A stretch of DNA of 64,000 nt from the human T2T-CHM13v2.0 reference genome, Homo sapiens: the NCBI RefSeq assembly GCF_009914755.1, contig NC_060936.1, one strand, 5' to 3'. Position 1 is the first letter of the stretch. The number at the start of each line of letters is the position of its first letter. The position numbers were made by a program, and so were the translations under genes. Below the pieces are notes generated by a model. The model was not told the DNA's origin and did not search any database. It was given only the letters and a program-made list of their open reading frames with translations. Below are positions 1 through 13,582 of the stretch, one piece after another.

Positions 1-199
1 TTCAAGAGATTCTCCTGCCTCAGCCTCCCAAGTAGCTGGGATTACAGGCATCCGCCACCATGCCCAGCTAATTTTTGTATTTTAGTAGAGGCAGAGTTTC
101 ACCATGTTGGCCAGGCTGGTCTTGAATCCTGACCACAGGTGATCCACCTTTCAGCCTCCCAAGTGCTGGGATTACAGGCATGAGCCACCGTACCCAGCC
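1..199 (-). mobile_element. AluS (AluSx-like), cut by window start
   Basis: Antisense Alu: ctcctgcctcagcctcccaagtagctgggattacagg...caggtgatccacc...gagccaccgtacccagcc. Confidence 0.95.
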
Positions 200-289
200 A
201 AGACTGATTCTTAAATAGGGACATTCTCATGATTCTAGATATTTTGAACAAAGTTGTACAAAATATCATACAAAGTGATCATCAGCCAA

Positions 290-350
290 ATGTGGGATTT
301 TGACAAGTCATTTCACTTCCCTAATCTTCCATTTCCACATTTGTAAAACT
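290..350 (+). mobile_element. MIR core fragment
   Basis: tgacaagtcatttcacttccctaatcttccatttccacatttgtaaaa resembles the MIR core. Confidence 0.6.
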
Positions 351-509
351 AGAGTTCTTATCGCCTCTAAAGGAGAGGGAATAAATGTGACTTATTCATT
401 CAGTCATTCCATCAACAAATAACTGAGGCTCTAGGATGCCTTTTATTTCTTGTTCTATATCTCACAAAATTCTCATTGTGTATTGTCTGTTTTCTGCCTG
501 AACCTTACC

Positions 510-630
510 AACTACCACCAGACTATAAGTTCCCTGAGGGCACGTTCTTTGTCATTCTTATTCACTGATGAATTCTGAATGCCCAAGAGGCTTCCTGTCA
601 CATAGTAGAGACTTAATGAATAGCAACCAT
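510..630 (+). mobile_element. L2 3' end fragment
   Basis: agactataagttccctgagggca...cacatagtagagacttaatgaata, typical L2 terminus. Confidence 0.65.
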
Positions 631-911
631 GTGTGGAAACATGTCTGTAATGAACCTTCAGTGACCCAGCAGAGACAGAAAATCATAGAGATGACATTAA
701 TGGCTTTTGGTATGGACTGTAAAAGGAATATAGTTTGAGGAGGCATAAAGGGGAGGCATTGACTCTAGCTTGGTGGAATTAGGGAAAGGTTCATGGAGAA
801 AGTACTAAGTCTTCGCAAAAACTGGGATAAGTGCTATTCTATTCATTTGTATAAATGAGAAAAGTGAAGCTCCAGATACTTTTAAGACTCAAAGATCTTG
901 GTCAGAAAGTA

Positions 912-1149
912 CAGCGGTCCGTTGGTATGCACGGGGTATTGGTATGCACGGGGTATTTGTTCCAGGACCCACTGCAGATACTAAATTCCACAGATGCTCA
1001 AGTTCTGAAGTCGGCCTTGCGGAACTCGCAGATACATTAAGTCAGTCCCTCTGGTGTCCACAGGTTCTGCATCCTGCAAATATTGAATTTTCAATCTGTG
1101 GTTGGTTGAATCTGTGGATGTGGAATCTGTGGATATGGAGGGTCAGTTG
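912..1149 (+). mobile_element. MER8 (TcMar-Tigger MITE), probably inside an antisense MIR
   Basis: TA then cagcggtcc...gttccaggacccactgcagatactaaattccacagatgctcaagt...gtggatatggagggtcagttg; ~240 bp with terminal inverted repeats; MIR-like sequence at ~830-909. Confidence 0.8.
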
Positions 1150-1456
1150 AACTGAATCTGGGCCTTGTATCCAGGAATCTGCATCAAAACCTTTCCCCCC
1201 ACAGCCCCTGACTTTGCTCTGTCTCTTCTCCAGAAAGTTCACGGTCAGTCTTTCCTAAGGAAGTGGCCATGAGTTCTGTAAGCTTATGAATCATCTAGAC
1301 GGAAGAGATTTTACCATGTGGTGTCTCAGCTGATAGAATAGTTCCAAGCTTATTCTCCTTTGTTCTCAGATGGTTTTCCTGAAGGCAGAGTCTGATAGGC
1401 ACAGTGTTCTTCTATTTCTATTCAAAATTTTCCACGTAATGGCCAATACTATTTCA

Positions 1457-1786
<330 letters not shown>

Positions 1787-2198
1787 TGATTGATGGATCC
1801 ATAAAGTACTCTGTACTTTTTGTCCTCATTTTATGATTACAAAATAAAAGTGTTTAAATTCCGAAAACAAGACAAGTGTTCTCACCCTCCTTCTTTTCAG
1901 TTGTACCTTCTGTTTTGATCCCTCATGCTCCAAACATCCTATCAGTGGTTTCAAAAGGTAACTTCAATACCATTGGTTACCAATTTAATGATGGCTTTGC
2001 AGTTTTCTACCCACTGGATCAAAATGTTAACCGACCTTTGTCTCTGCCATAAATCCCATCAAAGTGTTTACATCTACCCCAAAATCTCTTTTAAATGCAA
2101 ATAAACGAGTTCAGCAGAGACACAAATACCACGTGGATCGTTAACTGCAGCCTGCAGACTGTTCTAATCATTAGCTGCAGCTTGCAGAGATTCTTGAC

Positions 2199-2258
2199 AA
2201 AAGAGAAAAAAAAAAAAAAAAAGAAGAAGGAGAAGAAGAAAAGAAACAAGAAAAAAAG
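2199..2258. repeat. A/GA-rich purine tract
   Basis: Long A run followed by gaagaaggagaagaagaaaagaaacaagaaaaaaag. Confidence 0.9.
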
Positions 2259-2589
2259 TGTGGAGGGTCTCTTTAATGAGGCTTTCCTTCTCATTTATCA
2301 AAGATGGTGTAGCTTTGCCAGCTGGCCTGGTTTGAACATTGGAAAACAGCTAAATCTGAATCACATACAAGCCCTCTCTACCAGGTGAAGTACATGCATT
2401 AAGGTGCATGTTTCTTTAATTTATTTATTTTTAAACCATGCTCTTAGGCATCAGCTTAAGGTCTATGACAGAGATGATTAAAGAACACAAAAAAATCTGG
2501 CCATTTGAGTAATTACTGAGCAGGCAATATTTTTCTTTCTGATTATTTCTCAAATATTCTCTCAGTCAAGGTTGCTGGGCAAGTATTAG

Positions 2590-2780
2590 ACTGGAATTAT
2601 AGAGCTGGAAGACCCTTAGAAATCCTCCAATTCAGACCCCTTATTTCATAGGTGGGAATCCTCAGGTACCCATACTGACCTAGTGACTTGACCACTTTCT
2701 CACAGATAGTTAAGGGCACTTGTGCAATCAAAAGCAGGCCTTCCTATTCCTGATCAGAATCTTTCTCTACTACTTTTCAA
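2590..2780 (-). mobile_element. MIR3/MIRc fragment
   Basis: atagagctggaagacccttagaaatcctccaattcagaccccttatttcataggtgggaa. Confidence 0.6.
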
Positions 2781-2811
2781 TAGTAAGTTAGGCATGGGAA
2801 GAATTATGGTA

Positions 2812-3153
2812 TGCTACAGACTGAATGATTGTGTTACCCCAATACTCATATGCTGAAACCCTAACCCCCAGTGTGATGGTACCAAGAGGTGATTAGGTTA
2901 TAAGGGCAGAGTCCTGATGAATGGGATTAGTATTCTTGTAAAAGAGAGCTGAAAGACCCCTTAACCCTTTCAACATGTAAGGACACAGCTAGAAGGTGCT
3001 GTTTATGAGAAAGTGGGCCCTTACCAGATACTTTCTGCCAGTGCCTTGATCTTGGACTTACCAGCCTCTAGAATTATCAGAAATAATTTTGTTGTTTAAA
3101 AACTACCCAGTCAGTGGTATTTTGTTATAGTAGCCTGAACACAGACTAAGACA
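2812..3153 (+). mobile_element. MLT1A0-like MaLR solo LTR
   Basis: tgctacagactgaatg...gccttgatcttggactta...gactaagaca; TG..CA ends; 5-bp TSD tggta at 2807-2811 and 3154-3158. Confidence 0.9.
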
Positions 3154-3214
3154 TGGTATTTCCTTCTTTGGAAGGTGAAATATACAATACAGTTTTGAAT
3201 TTCTTTGGGACAGT

Positions 3215-3700
3215 CTATTCAGGTAGGGATGCACAAAAAGCCCATTCAAATGGACGTAAGTGAGAAAATAGAACTCAGTGGCTCATGTAACTGCAAAATC
3301 TATGGCTTAATGTAGACCTGGTTCTCTTTTAATTTTTGGACTCTGATTTTCTCCATTGTGGTTTCATTGATGGCTGCATACAACACCAGGGCAAAATATT
3401 TCCACATTCAAATTCAGGGCAAAAAAGAATTCCTCTTTTCCTGAGCAATTTGAATTAGCACTTATTGGCTCAGTTGCGTCACATGTTCATTTGCAAACTT
3501 ATCATCATAGCTCAGGGAAATGCGATGCTTTCCTTGGTTGGGCCTGAATCACATGCTCTCCCTTGGAGCCAAGAACATGATCAAGTCTAACAAAGGCACT
3601 GAGAGTGGGGGAGAAGGTGGTTCACTAGAGGAAGACTGGGGTATATTTACCTGACAAAAGTTGAGTGGATGTGGACAGTACAAGCAACAAATAAAAATTA
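3215..3700 (-). mobile_element. Old MLT1 (K/L-like) LTR
   Basis: tggctcatgtaactg...attggctcagttgcgtcacatg...gggcctgaatcacatgctctcccttggagc. Confidence 0.55.
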
Positions 3701-5182
3701 CAAATGGCATTTTATGACAGCCTTCTCAGAAGTCAACATCTTCCTTTCCTTTGTTCATTTGTAAATTTCTTTCAGCTTTAGCCCAGCAGAATCATAAATA
3801 TGCAAAGAATAGTTAAAGTCCTGTGGGAAAGAATATGCTTGAATATGATAATGATCCTTTCATTAAAATGTAAGTCCTTATATTTTAGAAAAAAAATGGA
3901 GTGCAATTTAAAGGAATAACCCAAGTTGACTACCGATAGGCTAGAAAACTTGGGGCACCTAGGCAGAGGCCTCTGGAAGACAGGGATTTCTCCAAGCTTG
4001 GCTGAGTCTCTCTTTCCTACAGCTCACCCACTGTGTTCCTCAATGAATATTGCCTCAGTGTAGCAGGCTTCTTAGCATTCAATTGCTGCAGAATTTCCTT
4101 CTCATTATTCTAATATTCCTACCGCACATAAAAAACAAATCACCACTTACTGATTGAGAAATTTTCAGTCTCTCCTTTCTTTTCTCTCTGGTTGGATAGT
4201 TAAAAAGAATTTAAATTTAGTTTGACCTCAGAGAAATTGAGCGGGCTTGACGGGAGTCTTCTTAAGTTTTCAAATCCCTCTTTTGTAGTGTCTTTCAGAT
4301 TTCCAAGTCTCTTCTGGTGTGCTGAGGTATATTTCAATGTCTTCTCTCCGCTGAGGATGACAGGGAGGACTCACGTAGCCACATTGGCAATGTTCTTTCA
4401 GAAGCACTATTTGGGAACCTTGGAGCCTCTGGAAGATGAACACCATACCATCCACAATGTCAGGATGAAAGTAGCTTCACTTCCCTGGGGTTCACGCCGT
4501 GGACAGTGCAACCTTCAGATGCAAGGCTGAGCATGATTCATTTAAATCCCACCTGGAACTATTCAAACAGGTGTGTGTCTATGCTGATTAGTTCTCATTT
4601 CCACACTTAGAGAGCCCTCTAGAATTGGAATGGGTATAATAGTGGTATTCAGCCCATTCAAATGTCGATTAATTAGCAAGTATTCTGTGCACTTATACTA
4701 CTATATTCTCGTGTGTTAAGTAAGCTTGTATACACATAATAACCTCCAGCAAAATTGACCTGTGAAGGAGAGGTTGGTTAGAAACTGAATTCCACAGTAG
4801 CCACATGTGTCCAAAGTATCCCTTTTTCTGTAAAATCCCTCATTTGGGCACAGCATGAATATATACTTTTACTATTCAGCCAAAAGTGGGAGATTTGCTT
4901 GAAGCCTTTGATTAATGCAAATAATTGCTACACTAAAGCAGCTCTGATGCTTGGGAGGCCATTAGCGGTGCACAGCTGCCATCAACTAGGAACAACCTGC
5001 GCATACAAAGATGATTCATGGCCCAATTCGGTAGCTTGAGCATACTGAGTGTCCTAGAATTTAGTCCATATAACTCTTAGAGTTGAATAGTGTGTATGTG
5101 GGGGAAGGGGAATGCAGGCGTCTGGGAGAAAGTGCCAGCAGAGGTGGTAGAGCAGAATGGGTAAATAAAAGAAGGTATCCTC

Positions 5183-5874
5183 TACAGGGTTGGAAAGGTG
5201 TGATACCTTTCTTCACCCACCATAAGGGTTACGACTGACACTCCTATAAAAAAAAAAAACACAGGTAATAACAGAAAAGCATAACCACTTTATTTAAACA
5301 CAGTTTTACATGACACAAAAGGCTTTAGAAATAAAGACCCAAATACCCAGGAAAACTGTCCATTTTTATGCTTAGTTTCAATGTGGAATGCAGCTATGTA
5401 GAAATGTGAATGAACAAAAAAAGTATCACCTAATGATAATACACTGGCCAGGACACCAAGCAAGTTCTGCCTGTTCAGATTCTTCTTGGTCTCTCTGTGG
5501 CATCCCTTCCTCCCATGCATAGGGCAGGGCCCCTTCTGAAATGAAGGTCATATGCCCTACTATCAGACAGTGTAGGTCACAGAATGTCTTTGTGGCCAGC
5601 TCCTACACAGAAAGGTAGGGGAATGTTAGAGTAATGTCTCTAGGGTTTATGTCTGGGTTTTGGAGAGAGGGGTTCTAGCTTCTATGGCTGACATTGGGGA
5701 AAAGGAACTCTAGTTTCTATGACCTGCCTTGGTGGAGAAAGGGGAGCAGGAGAAAGGAGGATAGGAGAAGGGCAGAAAGATACTTTCCTTCTGAGGCCTT
5801 TTAAATGTCCTTCGATTCAAAGTACTCAGCATGCCCAAACACCACACTTACGTATTGTTTTCTGAGCCCCAACA
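5183..5874 (-). mobile_element. MER39-like ERV1 solo LTR
   Basis: Reverse complement starts tgttggggctcagaaaacaatac; 4-bp TSD cctc at 5179-5182 and 5875-5878. Confidence 0.85.
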
Positions 5875-5904
5875 CCTCAATAACAGTTTCTGCTATTTCT
5901 CTGG

Positions 5905-8385
5905 CACTGGGAATTCACTGGAATAGCAAAGGACAACCCAGACCCCTGAGAGGAGAAGGTGATCAAGCAGCACCGGTGACAGCATTCAGCTGATAAATGT
6001 GAGTAAAGCCCCAGTACATGGGAGAGGCAGTCTTCCTCTGGGACTCATCTTTTTACTAGGGATTTCTGTACCCCAGAACATGGGCAAGCACCCTGTTTCA
6101 AGCCCTACAGCTAACTTGGGAGAAACTGAAAGATGGAGAGAGGGAAAGACACTGGGAAAAGCTACAGGCACTTTTCCCAGCCCTGGCACTGAGAGGAGAA
6201 CATCATTTTAAATCTGGGCTCATGCAAAGTCAGACAGTGCTTGGTGACCTGGCAGCCACTGCCACAGCAGGCATTTTAGTCTCAGGTCAGAATTTAAAGT
6301 GCTTGCTCTGGAATGGGGAAAGGGTTCCCACAGCCAGAATGAAGTATTGAGTGTGGAGAGTGCCCCAGCAGTTGGTGCTAGAATTAGGCTCTCTCCCATC
6401 ACAGGGTTGGTATTCCTGAGAGAGGAGAAGAGAAAGTAAGCAAACTGGAAAACATATTTGAGGATATAATTTAGGAAAATTTCCTTCATCTTGCTAGAGA
6501 GGTCAACATACAGATAAAAAAAAAAATCCAGAGAACTTCTACAAGATGCTATACAAGATGACCATTCCCAACACAATAGTCATCAGACTATCCAAGGTCG
6601 ACTTGAATGAAAAAATCCTAAAGGTAGCTAGGAATACATCTAACCAGTGAAGTGAAAGGGCTCTGTAAGGAGAAGTACAAAACACTGCTGAAAGAAATCA
6701 TAGACAATGCAAACAAATGGAAAAGCATTCCATGCTCATGGATTGGAAGAATCAATATCATTAAAATGTCCATACTGCCCACAGAAATCTACAGATTCAA
6801 TGCTATTCTTATTAAATTATCAACATCATTTTCCACGGAATTAGAAAAAACTATTTTAACATTCATATGGAACTGAAAAAAGAGCCTGAATAGCCAAAGC
6901 AATCTTAAGCAAAAAGAACAAAGCCAGAGGCATCACATTACCTGACTTCCAACTACACTACAAGCCTACAGTAACCAAAACAGCATGGTACCATTTCAAA
7001 AATAGATACATAGACCAATGGAACAGAATAGCGACTACTGAAATAAAGCCACACACCTGCAATCAACTGATCTTCAATAAAGTCAACAAAAATAAACAAT
7101 AGGGGAAAGACTCTATTCAATAAATGGTGCTGGGAAAACTGGCTAGCCATATGCAGAAGAATGAAGATGGACTCCTATCTCTGACGATATACAAAAATTA
7201 ACTCAAGATGGATTAAAGACTTAAATGTAAGACCTCAAACTATAAAAATCCTGGAACAAAACTTGGGAAATACTCTTCTAGACATTGGCCTAGGCAAAAA
7301 ATTTATGACCAAGTCCTCAAAAGCAGATGTAACCAAAACAAAAATTGACAATTGGGACCTGATTAGACTAGAGAGCTTCTATGCAGCAAAAGAAATGATC
7401 AACAGAGTAAACAGACAACCTACAGAATGGGAGAAAATATTTGCAAACTCTGCATCTGACAAAAGACTCATATCCAAAAGCTGTAAGGAACTTAAATAAA
7501 TAAACTAGAATAAAACAAATAACCCCATTAAAAAGTGGGCAAGGATATGAACAGACATATCTCAAAAGAAGACATACAAGTAACCAACACACACATGTGA
7601 AAAAATGCTCAACATTCTAATCACTAGAGAGATGCATATCGAGACCACCATGAGATACCATCTCACACCACTCAGAATGGCTATTATTAAAAAGTCAAAA
7701 AATAATAGTTGTTGGTGAGGTTGCAGAGAAAAGGGAATGCCTATACACTGTTGGTGGGAATGCAAATTAGTTCAGCACCTATGAAAAGCAGATTGGAGAC
7801 TTCTCAAAGAACTAAAAATAGAATTACCATTGGACCCAGCAATCCTATTACTTGGTAAATACCCAAAGGAAAATAAATCGTTCTACCAAAAAGACACCTG
7901 TACTTTTATGTTTATCACAGCACTATTCACAATAGTAAAGACACAGAATCAACCCAGCACCCATCAATGGTAGATTCAATAAATAAAATGTACATGTAAT
8001 CGTGGAATACTACACAGCTCTAAAATAGAATGAAATATATCCTTTGCAACAACATGATGCAGCTGGAGGCCTTTATCCTATGTGAATTAATGCAGAAATA
8101 GTAAACCAAGCACTGCATGTTCTCACTTATAAGTGTGAGCTAAACATTGGGTATACACGGACACAAAGATAGAAACAATAGACACTGGGGATTTCAAAAG
8201 TCGGGAGGTAGGGGGCCAGAGGTTGAAAAACTGCCCACTGGGAACTATGTTGACTATTTGGGCAATGGGATCATTAAAAGTCCAAACCTCAGCATCATGC
8301 AATATGCCTTTGTAACAAACCTGTATGTATACCTCCTGCATCTAAAATAGGTAAATAAAAATAAATAAAAATTTAAAAATAAAAT
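5905..8385 (+). mobile_element. L1 (L1PA15-17/L1PREC2 type) with two internal deletions
   Basis: 5'UTR-like 5905-6410; ORF1 piece 6411-6631 (IPERGEEKVSKLENIFEDII); ORF2 C-terminal part from 6632 ([15 protein letters not shown]); 3'UTR and A-rich tail. Confidence 0.85.
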
Positions 8386-8519
8386 GTGATGACTAAAAAT
8401 AAAATAAAGGATTTACTCTGTTTTTAGAACTATAGTTCATCCCTTACTGTTGAGAAAAACCTCTTTTTTACCAAAACATCAGCAACAACCAAAGCAAACA
8501 CTGTCGCTATACCACACAC

Positions 8520-8895
8520 AGACAGACAAATGTAGAAAAATGATGGCATTAGAAAATCATCATTCTGCAGCCTCCAGTGAAATCCTTGATTTAAACAAGG
8601 ATCATAAATGGATATGAAAACCATTGAGTGAAAAGTTGTTGGTGTATGGGATATTCAAGTGTTGCCAAAGGATCAAGCCACAGGTTAATTGCTTATTGCA
8701 AAGGGAGGACATACTTTTATAATCAGGAGCTGTGGCAAGGGTAATAAACACATATCCTGACTATTGGAACAACCTAACCTTATGTGTCTTCATGGTGATG
8801 CAATATGAAGATCCAACATACCCTATAAGTATTCTTGACCCAAATATTTAACCTTAACCTAATCAAGCATTTAGAACTAACTTCCAGTTTACAAG
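8520..8895 (+). mobile_element. Old L1M (L1MC5/L1ME4-like) 3'UTR fragment
   Basis: gcattagaaaatcatcatt...tgatgcaatatgaaga...aacctaatcaagcatttagaactaacttccagtttaca. Confidence 0.6.
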
Positions 8896-10594
8896 CTCTT
8901 CTGTTAGATTTTATTTAGTTAGGTATAAATAGCATTAATGACACCAATGATAGTGCAGATTTCTGGATTTTTATGTCTCTATTACAAGATTTGTTTCTAT
9001 GCCTTTAGTTTCTGGGTAGGATGAGCTGTGGGGGAATATGTTCTTTAGTAACACTGGTCTGTGTTTTGTTATTCTGTTCGACTGTCATCTTTGAATCCTA
9101 AAGAAAGCCTGTTTAGCCTTCACTTTACACTGATCAAGTTTGAAAGAATGTCATAGCTCTTCTCTGAGACCTATTTGAATAAGTATATTTCATATGAAAG
9201 AAAGCTTGTTTGTAAAACTAATGCTACATTTGAGCTATTATGCTCCATTTTGAGGTTTGAGTAAGTGCACCGCCTCCTTTTTTTAGTGGGTTTATTACTA
9301 AAGTGATTTGGTTTAGGGATCCAATGAGAGGGAAAATATCTTTGACAATATATCCCAGAAAGAAGGCAGACTAGGATTTAGTTTCATATTGTCTCATGGG
9401 CCTTGGTGCAAATCTGACACTAAGTTTCTGCCCTAGCAAATATTTGTGAGCACCATGCATTAATTAATTTCTTGCATGTGATCTGTGTGTGTGTGTACTT
9501 GTGTGTGTATCCATATGTATCCTCTTCCAAATGCTTCTCCTTACCACTCTCCCACCCCATTTCAGAACTTTCTCCCTCTGTCTCCACAACCCCCCTTCCT
9601 CTCTGTGCAGCTTCCCTTCACACAGCTGGTCTCCCACTGTCAGTCATTAAATGCTCAAGCATTTGAGAATCTGAGCTCCTGTCTTGGCATGGCTTTTCTG
9701 TCACTCAGCTTAGCTAGGGGCTGGACTTCTTGGAGAAAATTGAATCTACTGACAATCCAGAGGAGCATGTTTAGCCCTGTTATAGCTGCCCCGCTGCTTT
9801 GATCCCCCCAGCAAAGGAAAAACGATTTAGAGAGGTAGAACCTCTGGGGCAGATGCGCAGAAGTTTTCAAGTGAAACCTAACAGTACCTACAAAAGGAGC
9901 ACTATGAGGAGGAATCAAGAGGTAATTTTCACTTTAAGAAAACCCCAAACCAAAAAATAAAGACCAGGTTGTTGATATAATTTTATTTAATTACAAGTAG
10001 TTATTTGCTTATATTTGCAAAAAAGAAACACTAAAAGATAAACCAAAAACCCCCATCTCTCATTTAACAATTTTGTTTCTGAAAACTCTGTTGCTAAATG
10101 AACAGTTATTAAATAAAACATATTTTCCTATTAATATTATCTGGAAAAAAAATTGTGATGCATTCCACCTAACCCAAAATGTCCAAACAATATTTACAGG
10201 TAAAAAAAATTATCAATTGAGCAATATATATAGACAAGTTCCTGTAATTAAAAAACAAGTTGAAATAAATACCATTTATATATAAAATATGTAATGTAAT
10301 GAAGCAAGAGAAGAAAGGTGGATGGGGAGAGGGAGAGGGTCTTTTGAAGGTGGTAGAGAGTCAGGTGGTCAGTTTCTAGGCAAACAACCTTCTGCGACTG
10401 CAGTGTATCTTGCTTTCAAGCTGCATGTACAAATGAAGTAAAGGCACATAAAAACCTTTAGGGCAAAATCAAGCCTGAACATGAAAGAGTTTAACACATA
10501 GAGATCATACACAACATAATGGAAAGTCATAGAAGATGGAGTCTCTTCACAACTTTGTATGAATGCAAAGAAAAGTGTTTGGGGTTTATTCAAA

Positions 10595-11034
10595 TGAAAT
10601 GGGCCCAATAGTCCCATAGACAGTTGTGTTTTGGATAAACATAGAAATTGACCCTTCTGGTCTTAAAAAGCTTGAAACCTGTATTTGTTTTATCTGACTT
10701 CCTTCCTCAGGAAATGACCTTTAGGCCTCTCACATAAAGTATCAGAGACCTAAAACCAGATTGTGGCACCAAATGCCAGACCCCTCATTCACCATGATTG
10801 CTTCCTTGCCCCTCCCAAGTTCCTGCTTTCTTACACATTGTTACATTTCCTGCCTGTTATATAAATCTCTGGTTTTAGTCAGCCAGGGAGATGGATTTGA
10901 GACTGAGCTCCCATCTCCTTGGCTGCAGCACCCAATTAAAGCCTTCTTCTTTGGCAATACTTGTTGTCTCAGTGATTGGCTTTCTGTGCAGTGAGCAGAA
11001 GGACCTAGACCAAACCCCTGGTGTTTTGGTAACA
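10595..11034 (+). mobile_element. MER66 (A/B) ERV1 solo LTR
   Basis: tgaaatgggcccaatagtcccatagacag...ttggtaaca; TSD caaa at 10591-10594 and 11035-11038; TATA-like tatataaa and attaaa signal. Confidence 0.88.
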
Positions 11035-11229
11035 CAAACATTGCACGTAATATAAATTCACTCTACTTAATATACTTTGATTAGAAAGTACTATATTGTG
11101 TAAATTACTGGCTGTGTCTTTGCCTGGAACCATAGTGTCAAGATAGCCTTGAGTTGTTCAAAGGTGGTATAGTATTTCATGATCCTTCATAAAGAAACTC
11201 CTTAACTCAATGGCTAGAATGTAGATGTA

Positions 11230-12062
11230 TTCTCACATAACACATAATGACATTTTGATTAAAGACTGGATATAGAATGGTGGTTCCATAAGATGATAAT
11301 GGAGCTGAAAAATTCTATTGTCTAATGACACCTAGATAATCCTGACCTTGTGTAGACCTAGGCTAATGTGTTTGTGTGTCTTAGTTTTTATCAAAAAAGT
11401 TGAAAAGTTAAAAAATTTAAAAACAGAAAAAAGCTTATAGAATAAGGATATAAAGAAAGAAAATAATTTTGAACAGCTATACGGTGTGTTTGTATTTTAA
11501 GGTGTCAAAAAGTCAAAAAGTTAATAAAATTAAAACATTTATAAAGTTAAAAAGTTACAATAAGCTAAGGTTAATTTATTATTGAAGAAAGAAAATATTT
11601 TAAATAAATATTTTAAATAAATATAGTGTAGCCTAAGTGTACAATGTTTATAGTCTGTAGCAGCATACAGTAATGTTCTAGGCCTTTATGTCCACTCAAC
11701 ACTCACTCACTGACTCACCCAGAACAACTTCCAATCCTGCAAGCTTCATTCATGGAAAGTGCCCTGTACAGGTATACCATTTTTTTTTATCTTTTATACC
11801 TTGTTGTGTTTTTACTCTACCTTTTCTATGTTTGGATACACAAATACTTAACATTGTGTTATGATTGCCTATTCAGTGCAGTAACATGTAATACAGGTCT
11901 GTAGCCTAGGAGCAATAGGTTATACCATATAGCCTAGGTATGTAGTAAGTAGGCTATAAAATTTAGGTTTGTGTAAGTACATTCTGATGTTCACACAATG
12001 ACAACATCACCTAATGATGCATTTCTCAGAACATATCCCTGTCGTTAATTGACATGTGACTG
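11230..12062 (+). mobile_element. Tigger3b-type non-autonomous DNA transposon
   Basis: cataagatgataatggagctgaaaaatt...gcatttctcagaacatatccctgtcgttaattgacatgtgactg, followed by (TG)n. Confidence 0.85.
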
Positions 12063-12104
12063 TGTGTGTGTGTGTGTCACTCCTGGTAAGAGTATGTTTC
12101 TTAG

Positions 12105-12451
<347 letters not shown>

Positions 12452-12477
12452 TGTTCAACCCACTTTTTAATTAACTC

Positions 12478-13582
12478 TGTAACAGAGAGGAAAAATAATT
12501 TTCTCTCTGCCCTCCTAAATTCTTAGTCGAGGCTCTCTGATACAAAAGGCAGATTAACAAGAGGAAAATAAAGGGAAGTTTAATAACATGTATACCCTAT
12601 ATACATGGGAGATACATAGGAAAATCTCAAAGAATAAATTCTCCAAGAGTAACTATAAAGAGTAGATCTCGAAGAGTTGTATTACTTTTCAGGCTTAAAT
12701 ATGATCATCCCTTGAAACAAAGTAAGAAGAGTTTGGGGGAAAGTCCCAGTTATAGGTAGGTGGCCAGGAAAAAACACTGTAAACAAGAGTAAGATTTGTT
12801 ATGGAGATTTAAACTGATGCTTTTTCCATTGATGGGTTTTTCTAGTGATTTAGTCATCCTTCTCTTCCTGATGGAGAGAGGGAAACACCCTTATAAATGG
12901 AGATTTCCTTTATAGTTGTAAATTTCTCTTACAATAGGGTAACTTCTACTCTTCATTTCAGAGTTTTTTTGTGTGTGTCTGCAGTTTCTCTAAATAACCA
13001 GCTCAAAATAGTCCTCATTCCAAAGAGGCATATTTTGAGTAGTATAACAGTAAAAGGTTTGTTGCTTGATGCACGTGGCAAGTCAATATGCTGAGATACC
13101 AGGCTGCGGCAGAGAAACAGGTTTAATTGCAGAGCCATTGAATGAGGAGATGGGAGGAAACCTCAAATCTGTCTCCCTGGGGAGTTTGGGCTTAGAATTT
13201 TTAAGGGTTTTGGAGAGGGCCAAAGTGGGGAGATGGTTATTGGTCAGAGAGAACAAGGTGAAATCATGGGGTAGGGAGATGAAGAAACTGAATTCTCATG
13301 CAGTTTGGTTCTTCTTTTGGGGGTCTTCAAACTGGTTGTCATCAGCTGAAACTTAGAATTTGAAAAATATGTTAAGGAATTTTTAAACAAAAGCATATCA
13401 GAAATCCTGTCTACAGAAACAATGGGGATGCAAGTGGTCAGCATCTAGTGCTCCATGACTTTTGGTTACAAGGAAGCAGGCCAAAGTGCAGCCTGATAAA
13501 TGCTTAATTATAACCATATTTCTGTCCAGAATCCTTGTTAACCCTGTGAGGACAGCTTTAGTAGCATATTCTGGTCTCCTAG
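12478..13582 (-). mobile_element. MER34-family ERV1 LTR, split by a nested LTR
   Basis: aaaaggcagattaacaagagg...aaccagctcaaaata...gaggcatattttga[gtag]catattctggtctccta. Confidence 0.75.
13043..13560 (-). mobile_element. ERV1-class solo LTR (LTR26/LOR1-like, subfamily uncertain) nested in MER34
   Basis: Reverse complement taaagctgtcctcacagggttaacaagg...; TSD gtag at 13039-13042 and 13561-13564. Confidence 0.75.

Noticed and set aside
4402-4570. Exon-like segment (ttctttcag...cag|gtgtgt)
   Set aside because: Stops in all three frames and a weak donor; a lncRNA exon cannot be supported without transcript data.
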